A stretch of DNA of 44,274 bases, from assembly GCA_015492305.1 (NCBI GenBank), contig WGFJ01000012.1:1-44274 (forward strand), in the 5' to 3' direction. The DNA is from Deltaproteobacteria bacterium. GTDB lineage: Bacteria > Desulfobacterota > GWC2-55-46 > S146-80. The position numbers were made by a program, and so were the translations under genes. This document shows, piece after piece, positions 27,305-37,116 of this stretch; positions within the stretch are counted from its first letter, which is position 1; each line of letters opens with the position of its first letter. The notes below the pieces were generated by a model. It saw only the letters and a program-made list of their open reading frames with translations. It ran no database searches and was not told where the DNA came from.

Positions 27305-28461
27305 AGGTATGGCAGAGACCAATGGCCAGGATCCTCGCACCTCTGCTTCTGCCCGTCCTTCCCGCCTTTATCTCCAGCCCGACCCTGAGGATACCCCTCA
27401 CCCTCTTTCTCTACCTGGTGGCCGGTGTCATCACCTATAGCATCGTCAAAAGGAGCCTCCAGGCCGCAGAGAACATGGAGGCAGAGATCAGGAAGGAGGA
27501 GATCTCCAGCTTCGAAGAGATCATAGAACCCATTGCAAGGTCCCTCCAGGAGAAGACGCGGCTTATCCCTGTCTTCACCAGCCAGCTCAGCGAGGTCATA
27601 CAGCAGACAGAGTCTGCCGCCCTGAACATAGGGGAGAGGTTCATGCACATCGTGGAGGAGGCAAGGGCCCAGTCCAAGAAGGCATCAGAGACCTTTACAG
27701 GCTTTGCAGGTGATGGAAAGGGCAACAATGCCCTTCTGGACCTCAGCAAGAAGACCCTTGCAGAGGTGATAGAGAGCCTTAAGGAGATAGCCCATGTCAC
27801 CAGACAGACCCTGAGCGATATGGAGATCATCATAAGGGATGCGGAGAACATAAAGAGCATCGTCAACGAGATGGAGTACATTGCGGAGCAGACAAACCTC
27901 CTTGCCCTCAATGCAGCCATAGAGGCATCAAGGGCCGGGGAGTACGGCAGGGGCTTCAACATCGTGGCCGAAGAGGTGAGGAAGCTCTCGGACAGGTCAA
28001 ACAGGGCCGCCGAGGAGATAGGCCAGCTCATAACCAAGGTGGAGGACGACATAAAGGGTATCTACACAAGGACCCAGAAGAGTGCACAGGACAGCAACAG
28101 GAGGTCCTCAGAGGCAGAAGGCATCGTGGAGGAAACGCTGAGGAAGATAGATGAGGCCATGCACGATGCCAACAGACGCCTCGATGAGCTTGCAGAGGGC
28201 ACAGAGTCCCTTGCAAAGAATATAAGCAGCATAGTCGTGTCTCTCCAGTTCCAGGACATTACCCGCCAGAAGATAGAGCATGTGATAGAACCCCTCAACA
28301 CATTCAAGGAGGAACTGGAAAGGGTGGTGGCAGGTCTCAGGGGTATGAAGGAGAGGATCCATGGCCTTGAAGGGTCTGCCGGGAAGGAGTGGCTTGAGGA
28401 CCTGTACACCATGGAGGAGGAAAGGGATGTGATGAGGAAGGTTCTGAAGGTCGTAAAATGA
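27301..28461 (+). CDS. Atypical short methyl-accepting chemotaxis protein (McpA/CttP-like, no periplasmic sensor)
   Basis: Closely spaced N-terminal hydrophobic helices; [16 protein letters not shown] hairpin; C-terminal [14 protein letters not shown]. Confidence 0.85.
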   Translation: MKVWQRPMARILAPLLLPVLPAFISSPTLRIPLTLFLYLVAGVITYSIVKRSLQAAENMEAEIRKEEISSFEEIIEPIARSLQEKTRLIPVFTSQLSEVIQQTESAALNIGERFMHIVEEARAQSKKASETFTGFAGDGKGNNALLDLSKKTLAEVIESLKEIAHVTRQTLSDMEIIIRDAENIKSIVNEMEYIAEQTNLLALNAAIEASRAGEYGRGFNIVAEEVRKLSDRSNRAAEEIGQLITKVEDDIKGIYTRTQKSAQDSNRRSSEAEGIVEETLRKIDEAMHDANRRLDELAEGTESLAKNISSIVVSLQFQDITRQKIEHVIEPLNTFKEELERVVAGLRGMKERIHGLEGSAGKEWLEDLYTMEEERDVMRKVLKVVK

Positions 28462-28479
28462 AGAGAAGGGAGGGATAGC

Positions 28480-28845
28480 ATGTCAAAGACGGTCCTGATA
28501 GTGGATGACTCGGTCTCCATGAGACAGATGGTCTCCTTCACCCTAAGGGATGCGGGGTATGAGATCGTGGAGGCCATCAACGGAAGGGATGCCCTCAGCA
28601 AGCTCAAGGGCAACAGGATAGACATGATCATAACGGACCTCAACATGCCCGAGATGGATGGCATCGAGTTCATAAAGCAATTGAGGGCCTGTGCGGAGAT
28701 GAGGTTCACCCCTGTGGTGATGCTCACAACAGAGTCCCAGGAGGCAAAGAAGGAGGAAGGGAGAAGGGCCGGGGCCAGTGGGTGGATCGTCAAACCCTTC
28801 ACCCCGGAGCAACTCGTAGGGGTGGTAAAGAAGTTCGTGAGGTAG
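28480..28845 (+). CDS. cheY: Chemotaxis response regulator CheY
   Basis: VLIVDDS, ITDLNMPEMDG, LTTES, WIVKPF. Confidence 0.92.
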   Translation: MSKTVLIVDDSVSMRQMVSFTLRDAGYEIVEAINGRDALSKLKGNRIDMIITDLNMPEMDGIEFIKQLRACAEMRFTPVVMLTTESQEAKKEEGRRAGASGWIVKPFTPEQLVGVVKKFVR

Positions 28846-28849
28846 TGCC

Positions 28850-30883
28850 GTGGATATGGAGAAACTGGTCAGGATCTTCATCGATGAGGCCCTTGAGAGG
28901 ATCCTTGAGCTGGAGGAGGGCCTCCTTGAGATCGAAAAACACCCTGACAACAGGGAACTGATCAACCTTGTCTTCAGGGCAGCCCACACCATAAAGGGCT
29001 CCAGCGGCACCATAGGCCTCACGGAGATCTCAAAGTTTACCCATTCCATGGAAGAGGTCCTTGATATGCTGCGGGAAGACACCCTGTCCCCGGACAGGGA
29101 GACGATCAATACCCTCCTCAAGGCCACAGATGCCCTGAAGGAGATGGTGGAGAGCCTGGCAGAGGGAAGGACCTTTGACTACTCCAGATGTAACGACATT
29201 GTAGGGAGACTGGAGGAACTGAAGAACAGGGGGAAGGTGAGGGAGTTCAAGATCCTCTTCGCACCCTCCCCGGAGCTCTTCAAGAGGGGGATAGAGCCAT
29301 CCATGATCATGGAGAACCTGAGGGAGATGGGGGAGATCCTCGAGATGAGGGCCTCCCCTGAAAGGGTCCCTCCCATTGAAGAGCTGGACCCTGAAGAGCT
29401 CTACCTGGGGTGGGAGATCCTCTTCAGGACAGACAGGGATGAGGCCGGTATAAGGGAGGCCTTTGAGTTCGTTGAGGATGGCAGCGAGATCAAGGTACTG
29501 CCCGTAACAGAGGGAGAAAAGGAGACCCCCTTCCTCGGTGAGATGCTTGTAAAGGAGGGGGTGGTGGACCCCAGGGATGTGGATGAGGCCCTCAAGTCCC
29601 AGCAGAGGCTTGGAGACATCCTCTTGAAGCAGGGCAAGGTGACCCAGGAGGAACTGGAGAAGGTCGTTGCAAAGCAGAGGGATAAAAAGACCGATTCCTT
29701 CAAGAAGTCCATCACCTCCACCATCCGGGTGGACCTCAAAAAGCTCGATCACCTCGTAAACATCGTTGGTGAGATGGTGATCATCCACTCCATGCTCCAG
29801 GAGGCCATAAACAACAACGGTGCCTCAACCAGGCTCGATGTGCTCTTCGGACAGCTCCAGAGGATAGGGAGGGAGATACAGGAAGGGGTCATGTCCCTCA
29901 GGATGCTGCCGGTAGGGGAGGTCTTCCACAGGTTCAACAGGCTTGTGAGGGAGCTCTCAGAGACAAGGAACAAGGAGATAGAGCTCGTCGTAACCGGGGA
30001 AGAGACGGAACTGGATAAAGGGGTCCTTGAGAAGATCACCGATCCCCTTGTCCACCTCATACGCAATGCAATAGACCACGGCATAGAGGAAAGGGAGGAG
30101 AGGCTGGAGAAGGGCAAACCACCGAAGGGCAGGATCCACCTCAGTGCCTTCCAGATGGGGGATTCCGTATTCATAGAGGTGGAGGATGACGGACGTGGCC
30201 TTGACAGGGAGAAGATCCTGAAAAAGGCCTGCCAGTCAGGGCTTGTCACCGATCCTTCAAACCTCACAGATGAGCAGATCTACGGACTCATATTCCAGCC
30301 AGGGTTCTCAACGGCCGAGAAGGTGACCGACATATCCGGCCGTGGTGTGGGCATGGATGTGGTCAAGAAGAACATCGAGTCCCTCAACGGAAAGGTCTTC
30401 ATCCGGAGCAAGCCCAATGCAGGCACAACCGTATCCATAAAGCTCCCCCTGACCCTTGCCATCATAGATGGCCTCACCGTAAGTGTGGGGGATGAGGTCT
30501 TCGTCATCCCCATCTCATCCGTCGTGGAGTCACTGCGACCGGAGAAGGAGAATGTGAAGACCCTGAATGAGAAGGGAGAGGTCGTGAAGGTGAGGGAAGA
30601 CTACATACCCCTTGTGAGGCTCCATGAACTGCTCGATATCCCGGCAAGGAAGACCGATCCATCAGAGGCCATTGTGGTGGTTACATCCCATGAGGTGAAG
30701 AGATACGGGCTCCTTGTGGACGACCTTATAGGTGAGCAGCAGGTGGTGATAAAGAACCTTGGAGAGGCGATGCCGAAGATCCAGGGCATAGCAGGTGGCA
30801 CTGTCCTTGGAGACGGGAGGGTGGCACTGGTTCTGGACATCTCCGGGATCGTGGAGGTTGCCACATCCCAGACACTGCAATAA
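28850..30883 (+). CDS. cheA: Chemotaxis histidine kinase CheA
   Basis: HPt FRAAHTIKG, HLIRNAIDHGIE, SGRGVGMDVV, LPLTLAI, C-terminal CheW-like domain; start 28850 or 28856. Confidence 0.96.
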   Translation: MDMEKLVRIFIDEALERILELEEGLLEIEKHPDNRELINLVFRAAHTIKGSSGTIGLTEISKFTHSMEEVLDMLREDTLSPDRETINTLLKATDALKEMVESLAEGRTFDYSRCNDIVGRLEELKNRGKVREFKILFAPSPELFKRGIEPSMIMENLREMGEILEMRASPERVPPIEELDPEELYLGWEILFRTDRDEAGIREAFEFVEDGSEIKVLPVTEGEKETPFLGEMLVKEGVVDPRDVDEALKSQQRLGDILLKQGKVTQEELEKVVAKQRDKKTDSFKKSITSTIRVDLKKLDHLVNIVGEMVIIHSMLQEAINNNGASTRLDVLFGQLQRIGREIQEGVMSLRMLPVGEVFHRFNRLVRELSETRNKEIELVVTGEETELDKGVLEKITDPLVHLIRNAIDHGIEEREERLEKGKPPKGRIHLSAFQMGDSVFIEVEDDGRGLDREKILKKACQSGLVTDPSNLTDEQIYGLIFQPGFSTAEKVTDISGRGVGMDVVKKNIESLNGKVFIRSKPNAGTTVSIKLPLTLAIIDGLTVSVGDEVFVIPISSVVESLRPEKENVKTLNEKGEVVKVREDYIPLVRLHELLDIPARKTDPSEAIVVVTSHEVKRYGLLVDDLIGEQQVVIKNLGEAMPKIQGIAGGTVLGDGRVALVLDISGIVEVATSQTLQ

Positions 30884-30893
30884 GGAGGTCTCT

Positions 30894-31382
30894 ATGACAG
30901 CAACAGAAAAAGACCATGGAGAGGAGAAAGAGCAGTTCGTGACCTTTTACCTCAACAAGGAGGTATACGCCATAGAGGCGCTCCGTGTCCAGGAGATCAT
31001 CGAATTGCCGGGTATCACAAAGGTCCCCCACCTTCCGGAGTTCCTCAAGGGGGTCATCAACCTGAGGGGGACAATAGTGCCTGTGGTGGACCTGAAGCTG
31101 AAGTTCGGCATGCGCTCTGAAGGCTACAAGAAACACACCTGCGTCATAGTGACAGAGTTCTCAGGAGGGGTAATGGGCCTTATTGTAGATGCGGTGGCCG
31201 ATGTCCTTCCCCTCTCGGAAAGGGGGATCTCGGCACCACCCTCCTTTGGAACCAGGATAAGGACGGAGTTCATCAAGGGCATGGGCAGGTTCAACAACGA
31301 CCTTGTAATCATCCTGGACATCGAAAAGGTGCTCACCTCTGAAGAGGCATCAGCCCTCTCGGAGGCGGTCTCCCAACCCTAA
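30894..31382 (+). CDS. cheW: Chemotaxis coupling protein CheW
   Basis: [32 protein letters not shown]; start moved to ATG 30894 behind AAGGAGG. Confidence 0.95.
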   Translation: MTATEKDHGEEKEQFVTFYLNKEVYAIEALRVQEIIELPGITKVPHLPEFLKGVINLRGTIVPVVDLKLKFGMRSEGYKKHTCVIVTEFSGGVMGLIVDAVADVLPLSERGISAPPSFGTRIRTEFIKGMGRFNNDLVIILDIEKVLTSEEASALSEAVSQP

Positions 31383-31399
31383 CCCCTGGAGGTGTTACC

Positions 31400-32995
31400 A
31401 TGGATATGAAGATAGGCACACTCCTCAAAGGCATAGCAACCATCCTCCTCATCTTTGCCCTGGCCAATACTGCGGTGGTCTACTACCAGCTCAACAAGAT
31501 GGTAAACGACGGCAGGGTGGTCAACTACTCAGGGATAGTGAGGGGTGCCACCCAGAGGCTTGTGAAACTGGAGATGGCAGGGCACAAGGCAGACGGGCTT
31601 GTGGCAAAGCTCGACAAGATCATCAACGGCCTCATCAACGGTGACGAGGAGCTGAAGCTGCCCAAGGCTGTGGACAACAGGTACCTCACCAAGATGGAGG
31701 ATGTCAAGGAAGGCTGGAAGGAGCTGAAGAAGACCATCATGGAGGCAAGGAAGGACCCTGCCCTCAGGCAGAAGCTCTTCGATGAAAGCGAGAACTACTT
31801 CAAGCTGACCAATGCCGCTGTCTTCGCTGCCCAGGACTTTTCAGAAGGGAATGTGACCAGGCTCAAGACCATCCAGATAGTCCTCTTCCTCCTGAACCTT
31901 GTTGTACTTGTGGCCATCTGGATAATCAGCCAGAAGAAGATCGCCTCACCCCTCATGGACCTTTCCCAGAGGATAAAGGCCCTTGCCGGAGGGGACCTCA
32001 CCGTGGATATCCCCTACTGCAGCAAGAATGAGATCGGCGTGATAGGGTGCGAGCTCCAGAAGATGGTAAAGAGGATAAGGGATGTTATCACCCAGACAAA
32101 GGAGGCATCCAATCAGGTCTCGGTGGCCTCTGATCAGCTATCGGATGCCACCCAGAACTTCTCCCAGAGGGTCACCGAACAGGCGGCCTCCATAGAGGAG
32201 GTATCCTCCACCATGGAGGAGATGGCCGCTTCCACGAGGCAGACCGCTGAGAATGCAAGGGAGGCAAACAAGCTTGCCCAGAACACGAACGACCTTGCAG
32301 ACTCGGGTTCACGGGTGATGGAAGAGACCATAAAGGCCATGGACGAGATAAACAAGGCATCCGGGAAGATAGCCAACATCTCCAATGTGATAGAGGAGAT
32401 AGCCTTCCAGACAAACCTCCTTGCCCTCAACGCAGCCGTTGAGGCAGCACGGGCAGGGGAACACGGCAAGGGCTTTGGCGTGGTGGCTTCTGAGATAAGG
32501 AACCTCGCCCAGAGGACCACTGAATCGGCAAAGGAGATAACAGCCCTCATAGAGGACAGCGTGGAGAAGACGGGAAGGGGCGTTCAGCTGGCGGAGGAAC
32601 TGGGCAAGAAGCTCGTTGAGATCGGGACAGGGGTAAAGAAGGTGGCAGGTCTCATGGATGAGATAGCGGCAGCAGCGGGTGAACAGGCCTCCGGGATAAA
32701 CCAGGTGAACACCGCCATATCCCAAATGGAACAGGCAACCCAGCAGAACGCATCCCTCGTGGAGGAGACAGCGGCATCGGCAGAGGAGCTGGCAGCCCAG
32801 GCCAGGGAACTCATGAATCTCATAGCCTTCTTCAAGGTTGCAGAGAAGGCGGAGGCAGAAAAGGGCAACGGGAAATGGCTTGAAAGGGAGGGGGAAAAGG
32901 CCCCAGCCCCCCATCCACCCTACGAGGGGAAGGGGCTGGAAGGGCCTTCATCAACCATGGAGGTAAGGGGAAATGGAGAGTTTGAGGAGTTTTAG
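31400..32995 (+). CDS. Transmembrane chemoreceptor (PilJ/NarX-like sensor, HAMP, signalling domain, C-terminal pentapeptide)
   Basis: Two TMs; [14 protein letters not shown]; [26 protein letters not shown]; ends EFEEF. Confidence 0.93.
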   Translation: MDMKIGTLLKGIATILLIFALANTAVVYYQLNKMVNDGRVVNYSGIVRGATQRLVKLEMAGHKADGLVAKLDKIINGLINGDEELKLPKAVDNRYLTKMEDVKEGWKELKKTIMEARKDPALRQKLFDESENYFKLTNAAVFAAQDFSEGNVTRLKTIQIVLFLLNLVVLVAIWIISQKKIASPLMDLSQRIKALAGGDLTVDIPYCSKNEIGVIGCELQKMVKRIRDVITQTKEASNQVSVASDQLSDATQNFSQRVTEQAASIEEVSSTMEEMAASTRQTAENAREANKLAQNTNDLADSGSRVMEETIKAMDEINKASGKIANISNVIEEIAFQTNLLALNAAVEAARAGEHGKGFGVVASEIRNLAQRTTESAKEITALIEDSVEKTGRGVQLAEELGKKLVEIGTGVKKVAGLMDEIAAAAGEQASGINQVNTAISQMEQATQQNASLVEETAASAEELAAQARELMNLIAFFKVAEKAEAEKGNGKWLEREGEKAPAPHPPYEGKGLEGPSSTMEVRGNGEFEEF

Positions 32996-33827
32996 CCTTG
33001 AACCCGAACTCAGCGATGAGGTCTTTGCCCTCTTCTCCAACCTCATCTACAGGACCTCCGGTATCAGGCTGGGCCTGCAGAAGAAGGGGCTCCTCATCTC
33101 GAGGCTCTCAAGGAGGCTCCTTGCCCTCAGGATAAACAGCTTCTACAACTACTTCAAGAGGGTAAGGGAAAACGAGGACGAACTGGCCTGGATGCTCGAC
33201 TGCATCTCCACAAATACCACCAAGTTCTTCAGGGAGTGCCACCACTTCGAGTACCTCAGGGGCAGCATAATCCCCGAACTCATCCGATCAAAGCCTGACA
33301 GGACCATCAGGGTCTGGAGTGCAGGGTGTTCAACCGGTGAGGAGCCCTACTCCATAGCCATAACCATCTTCGAGGCCCTGAGGGACGAAGGACTCTCGCC
33401 CATGGGATGGGATATAAAGATCCTTGCCACAGACATATCCAACAGGGTCCTTCAGATAGGCAAGAGGGGGGTATACGAGATGGATCAACTACCCCCTGCC
33501 CTGCCCCAGGATGTCCTGACCCGGTACTTCCTCAAGGGGGTGGGAAGGAACGAAGGCAAGGTAAAGGTTAAGGACCCCTTGAGGGAGGTGGTGAGGTTTG
33601 GAAGGCTCAACCTCAAGGACCCCACCTACCCCTTCAGGAAGAGGTTTGACATCATCTTCTGCAGGAATGTGATGATCTACTTCGATGAGGAGATGAAAAG
33701 GCATGTCATATCCAACCTCCGCCATCACCTGGCCGAGTCCGGCTATCTCTTCCTCGGCCATTCAGAGACCATATTCGGCGATGGTGGCTTTGTCCCGGTC
33801 TCCACAACGGTCTACCGGAAGGTATGA
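32973..33827 (+). CDS. cheR: Chemotaxis methyltransferase CheR
   Basis: [44 protein letters not shown]. Confidence 0.95.
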   Translation: MESLRSFSLEPELSDEVFALFSNLIYRTSGIRLGLQKKGLLISRLSRRLLALRINSFYNYFKRVRENEDELAWMLDCISTNTTKFFRECHHFEYLRGSIIPELIRSKPDRTIRVWSAGCSTGEEPYSIAITIFEALRDEGLSPMGWDIKILATDISNRVLQIGKRGVYEMDQLPPALPQDVLTRYFLKGVGRNEGKVKVKDPLREVVRFGRLNLKDPTYPFRKRFDIIFCRNVMIYFDEEMKRHVISNLRHHLAESGYLFLGHSETIFGDGGFVPVSTTVYRKV

Positions 33828-34321
33828 AGAGGATCATCCTCAACATAGGTGACATCGTTGTTTCAAGGAGGCCAGCCATCCTTGAAACCATACTGGGACC
33901 GTGTGTGGCCGTGTGTCTCTGGGACAGAAAAAGGAAGATAGGGGGGATGAACCACTTCATGCTGCCAAGGACGGTGACAGGTATGGAGAATGCCGGCTAT
34001 GGAGGGCTGGAATCGACAGAGAGGCTCATAGAGGCCCTCCTTGGGATAGGTGCCTGCCTTAAAGACCTGAAGGCCAAGGTATTCGGCGGGGCATTGAGAT
34101 CGGGCCTCATAATGGGGAGGGCCCTTGGAAGGGAGAATGCAGCGGTGGCAAAGGAGGTCCTCAGGGCATACAGGATCCCCATCGTGGGTGAGTTGACCAG
34201 CCACGACCACAGCATGAGGATCCTCTTCCACTCCGACACGGGAAAGACCCTTGTGAAGAGGGTAAGGTGGGAGGATGTAGGGGGACCCAGCCTTAAGGGA
34301 TGGCTTCTGGAGGAGAGATGA
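33824..34321 (+). CDS. cheD: Chemoreceptor glutamine deamidase CheD
   Basis: TILGPCVAVCLWD, GGMNHFMLP, AKVFGG. Confidence 0.9.
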   Translation: MKRIILNIGDIVVSRRPAILETILGPCVAVCLWDRKRKIGGMNHFMLPRTVTGMENAGYGGLESTERLIEALLGIGACLKDLKAKVFGGALRSGLIMGRALGRENAAVAKEVLRAYRIPIVGELTSHDHSMRILFHSDTGKTLVKRVRWEDVGGPSLKGWLLEER

Positions 34322-35361
34322 AGAAGATAAAGGTCCTTGTAGTCGATGATTCAGCACTTATAAGACAGGTCCTTTCAGAGATCCTCAATCAGGCCGGAGA
34401 CATAGAGGTAGTGGGCACGGCCCAGGACCCTATATTCGCCATGGAGAAGATCAGCAGACTCAAGCCCGATGTGATCACCCTTGATGTGGAGATGCCAAGG
34501 ATGGACGGTCTCACCTTCCTGGGGAAGCTCATGAAGTCCAACCCCATACCGGTCCTCATGGTGAGTGCCCTCACCCAGAAGGATGCCAGGGTCACCATAG
34601 AGGCCCTTGAGCTGGGAGCTATAGACTACATTCAGAAACCCACCATAGATGTGGCAAAGGGGGTGGTGGAGCTTGGCGAGGAGATCGTAAGGAAGGTGCG
34701 GATAGCGGCAAATGCAAGGGCCAAGATAGGTGCCGGTGGGAGGAGACCAAGGCCCGTGCCATCCATATGCGGCTTCTCGACGACCGATAAGATAATAGCC
34801 ATAGGGGCCTCCACAGGCGGGACAAAGGCCATAACCGACATCGTCTCCACCCTCCCTGAGACCACCCCAGGGGTGGTGATCGTCCAGCACATGCCACCTG
34901 CCTTCACACGCTCCTTTGCAAAGAGGCTGAACTCCCTCTCAAGACTCGATGTGAAGGAGGCCTCCACAGGTGACAGGATCGTGAGGGGGACCGTCCTGAT
35001 TGCCCCGGGCAACAAGCACCTTGTCATCAGGAGGAACGGTGCCATGTACTACACAGAGGTGAAAGACGGACCCATGGTGAACTTCGTCAGACCCTCTGTG
35101 GATGTCCTATTCAACTCTGTGGCAGAACAGGCAGGGAGGAATGCCGTCGGCGTGATCCTCACAGGCATGGGAGAGGACGGGGCAAAGGGTCTCCTTGAAA
35201 TGAAGAGAAAGGGTGCCTTCACCATCGCCCAGGATGAGGCCTCCTCGATCGTCTTCGGCATGCCGAAGAAGGCAATAGAGATAGGGGCAGCTGAAAGGGT
35301 TGCCTCCCTTGAGGAGATCCCCAGGATCATAATGGAGGGCCTGTCCAGAAACCCCTCATAG
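34318..35361 (+). CDS. cheB: Chemotaxis methylesterase CheB (REC + esterase)
   Basis: TLDVEMP, GASTGG, VQHMP, RPSVD, LTGMGEDG; ATGA overlap with cheD. Confidence 0.96.
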   Translation: MKKIKVLVVDDSALIRQVLSEILNQAGDIEVVGTAQDPIFAMEKISRLKPDVITLDVEMPRMDGLTFLGKLMKSNPIPVLMVSALTQKDARVTIEALELGAIDYIQKPTIDVAKGVVELGEEIVRKVRIAANARAKIGAGGRRPRPVPSICGFSTTDKIIAIGASTGGTKAITDIVSTLPETTPGVVIVQHMPPAFTRSFAKRLNSLSRLDVKEASTGDRIVRGTVLIAPGNKHLVIRRNGAMYYTEVKDGPMVNFVRPSVDVLFNSVAEQAGRNAVGVILTGMGEDGAKGLLEMKRKGAFTIAQDEASSIVFGMPKKAIEIGAAERVASLEEIPRIIMEGLSRNPS

Positions 35362-36096
35362 GGTGTATCCCCTTGGTGTCACCATCCATCCACCATGCAA
35401 GAAGGTGGTGGAATTCCCTATGATGAGGGTGGTCGTCATATCCACCTTCTCGTAGTGCCTTTCAAGCCCGCCAAGGGTGGTGATGGACACCTCTTCCCCA
35501 TCCCTTGTGGCACCCTTTACCACACCGACAGGGGTGTGATCCGATCTGTATCGCCTTATCACCTCCACAGCCCTCTTGAGGTGATCCCTCCTGCCCCTGC
35601 TCCTGGGGTTGTAGAGGACGATGACAAGGTCGGTTGATGCAGCACCATCGAGCCTCCTTTCGATGAGTTCCCAGGGGGTGAGGAGGTCACTGAGGGAGAT
35701 GACCGCAAAGTCATGCATGATTGGTGCACCAAGCAAGGAGGCTGCAGCGCAGAAGGCAGGGACCCCTGGCACGATCTCAAGGGAAAGCTCTTTCCCCTCC
35801 CTTGCAAGGAGCTCCAGGACAAGGCCTGCCATACCGTATATACCCGGATCACCACTGCTCACAAGGGCCACCCTGAGTCCTGATGAGGCAAGGTCTATGG
35901 CCCTGCTACACCTTTCCACCTCACCGCCCATGCCTGTTGCCACCACCTCCTTCTCCGCCACAAGGCCCCCCAGGAGATCCAGGTAGGTCCTGTAGCCCAC
36001 CACCACCTCTGATGACTCTATGGCCTTCCTCGCCCTCGGGGTCATATCCTCTGGACCACCGGGTCCTATGCCAACTATGTAAAGACGGCCTTCCAA
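35356..36096 (-). CDS. cobJ: Precorrin-3B C17-methyltransferase (CbiH/CobJ)
   Basis: VGIGPG, SSGDPGIYGMA, HDFAVISLSDLLTPW, YNPRS, TPRGY. Confidence 0.95.
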   Translation of the reverse strand: MEGRLYIVGIGPGGPEDMTPRARKAIESSEVVVGYRTYLDLLGGLVAEKEVVATGMGGEVERCSRAIDLASSGLRVALVSSGDPGIYGMAGLVLELLAREGKELSLEIVPGVPAFCAAASLLGAPIMHDFAVISLSDLLTPWELIERRLDGAASTDLVIVLYNPRSRGRRDHLKRAVEVIRRYRSDHTPVGVVKGATRDGEEVSITTLGGLERHYEKVDMTTTLIIGNSTTFLHGGWMVTPRGYTL

Positions 36097-36107
36097 CCTT
36101 CCACCCC

Positions 36108-36806
36108 CTATTCCTCGAGATAGTCCACCCTGTACCTTCCCCTGTCGCTCCAGCCCCTCTTCTCCCAGTATCCACGGTAGTCGTAGTCCACCACCTCTAT
36201 CTCATGGAGCCATTTGGGTGACTTGTACCCCCACTTCCCGGGGCACATCACCCTCATCGGATACCCGTGGTCCAGGGGAAGGTCCCTGAGCAACCTCCCG
36301 TCCCTATCGTGGTTTATGGCGTATACAAGGAGGGGATCGCCCTTGGTCACATACCCCATCTCCACACTTGTGTGGTAGCCATCCATGGCCCTTAAGACCA
36401 CATCCACACTATCCCTGCCAGTGCCGGCCATCTCAAGGAGGTGTGAGAGCCTCACCCCTTCAACCCTCAGCCTTCCTACCCTTGTGCCCCTTGGATTGTC
36501 CACACACTCAAGGATGAGGTCCCTCCTCACAGAGGGAAGACCCCTTATCTCTTCAAGGGTCAGGACGAGTTCCCTTGCCACCCTGCCGTGGACCCTGAGC
36601 CTGAAGGAGGAGGGATCTTCTGCCACCTGCCTTGCAGCCCCGGGAACACCCTTTATGTCCACCACATAGAGATCCTTAACAGGTGTGAACCTTCCCTCAG
36701 GGGGAAGGGCATCCTTCTTCCTGAAGAGATCCAGTATCCCGGCCTCTGCCAGGGATGGCATCCAGAGGATCGTGAACAGGACCTTGAGGAGTTGCCTTCT
36801 CTCCAT
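36108..36806 (-). CDS. Tat-exported molybdopterin-dependent oxidoreductase (sulfite oxidase / MsrP-YuiH family)
   Basis: MERRQLLK twin-Arg signal; LECVDN Mo-ligand Cys; HGYPMR, GYKSPKWL, GYWEKRGW. Confidence 0.85.
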   Translation of the reverse strand: MERRQLLKVLFTILWMPSLAEAGILDLFRKKDALPPEGRFTPVKDLYVVDIKGVPGAARQVAEDPSSFRLRVHGRVARELVLTLEEIRGLPSVRRDLILECVDNPRGTRVGRLRVEGVRLSHLLEMAGTGRDSVDVVLRAMDGYHTSVEMGYVTKGDPLLVYAINHDRDGRLLRDLPLDHGYPMRVMCPGKWGYKSPKWLHEIEVVDYDYRGYWEKRGWSDRGRYRVDYLEE

Positions 36807-36810
36807 GGCC

Positions 36811-37116
36811 TCACACCCCATGGAGGTAGAGGAAGAACAGGAAGAGGGAGATGCTCACCACCCCTATCCCCGCCTTCAGGATCCCCCTCCCCCGGGACCC
36901 GAGACACCTTCCAATGGACAGGTAGGTATGGAGGAAGAAGAGGAAGAGCAGGACAAGGGGGAGGAGGACCACATGGAAGGTGTAGACCTCTCCCCTCTCA
37001 AGGGGGAAGGGGAGGAGGGAGGCCACCTCCCTTGGCTTCCACACCCAGTAGCCTGTAATGGCCTCAAGGAGGAAGGCAAGATAGAGGGCTGCTGCCACCA
37101 GGGGGAAGGGCCTCAT
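36811..37116 (-). CDS. Small 3-TM membrane protein with His residues (possible haem b partner of the Mo enzyme)
   Basis: Three hydrophobic helices; FHVVLLPLVLLFLFFLHTY; ATGA overlap with cbiG. Confidence 0.65.
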   Translation of the reverse strand: MRPFPLVAAALYLAFLLEAITGYWVWKPREVASLLPFPLERGEVYTFHVVLLPLVLLFLFFLHTYLSIGRCLGSRGRGILKAGIGVVSISLFLFFLYLHGV

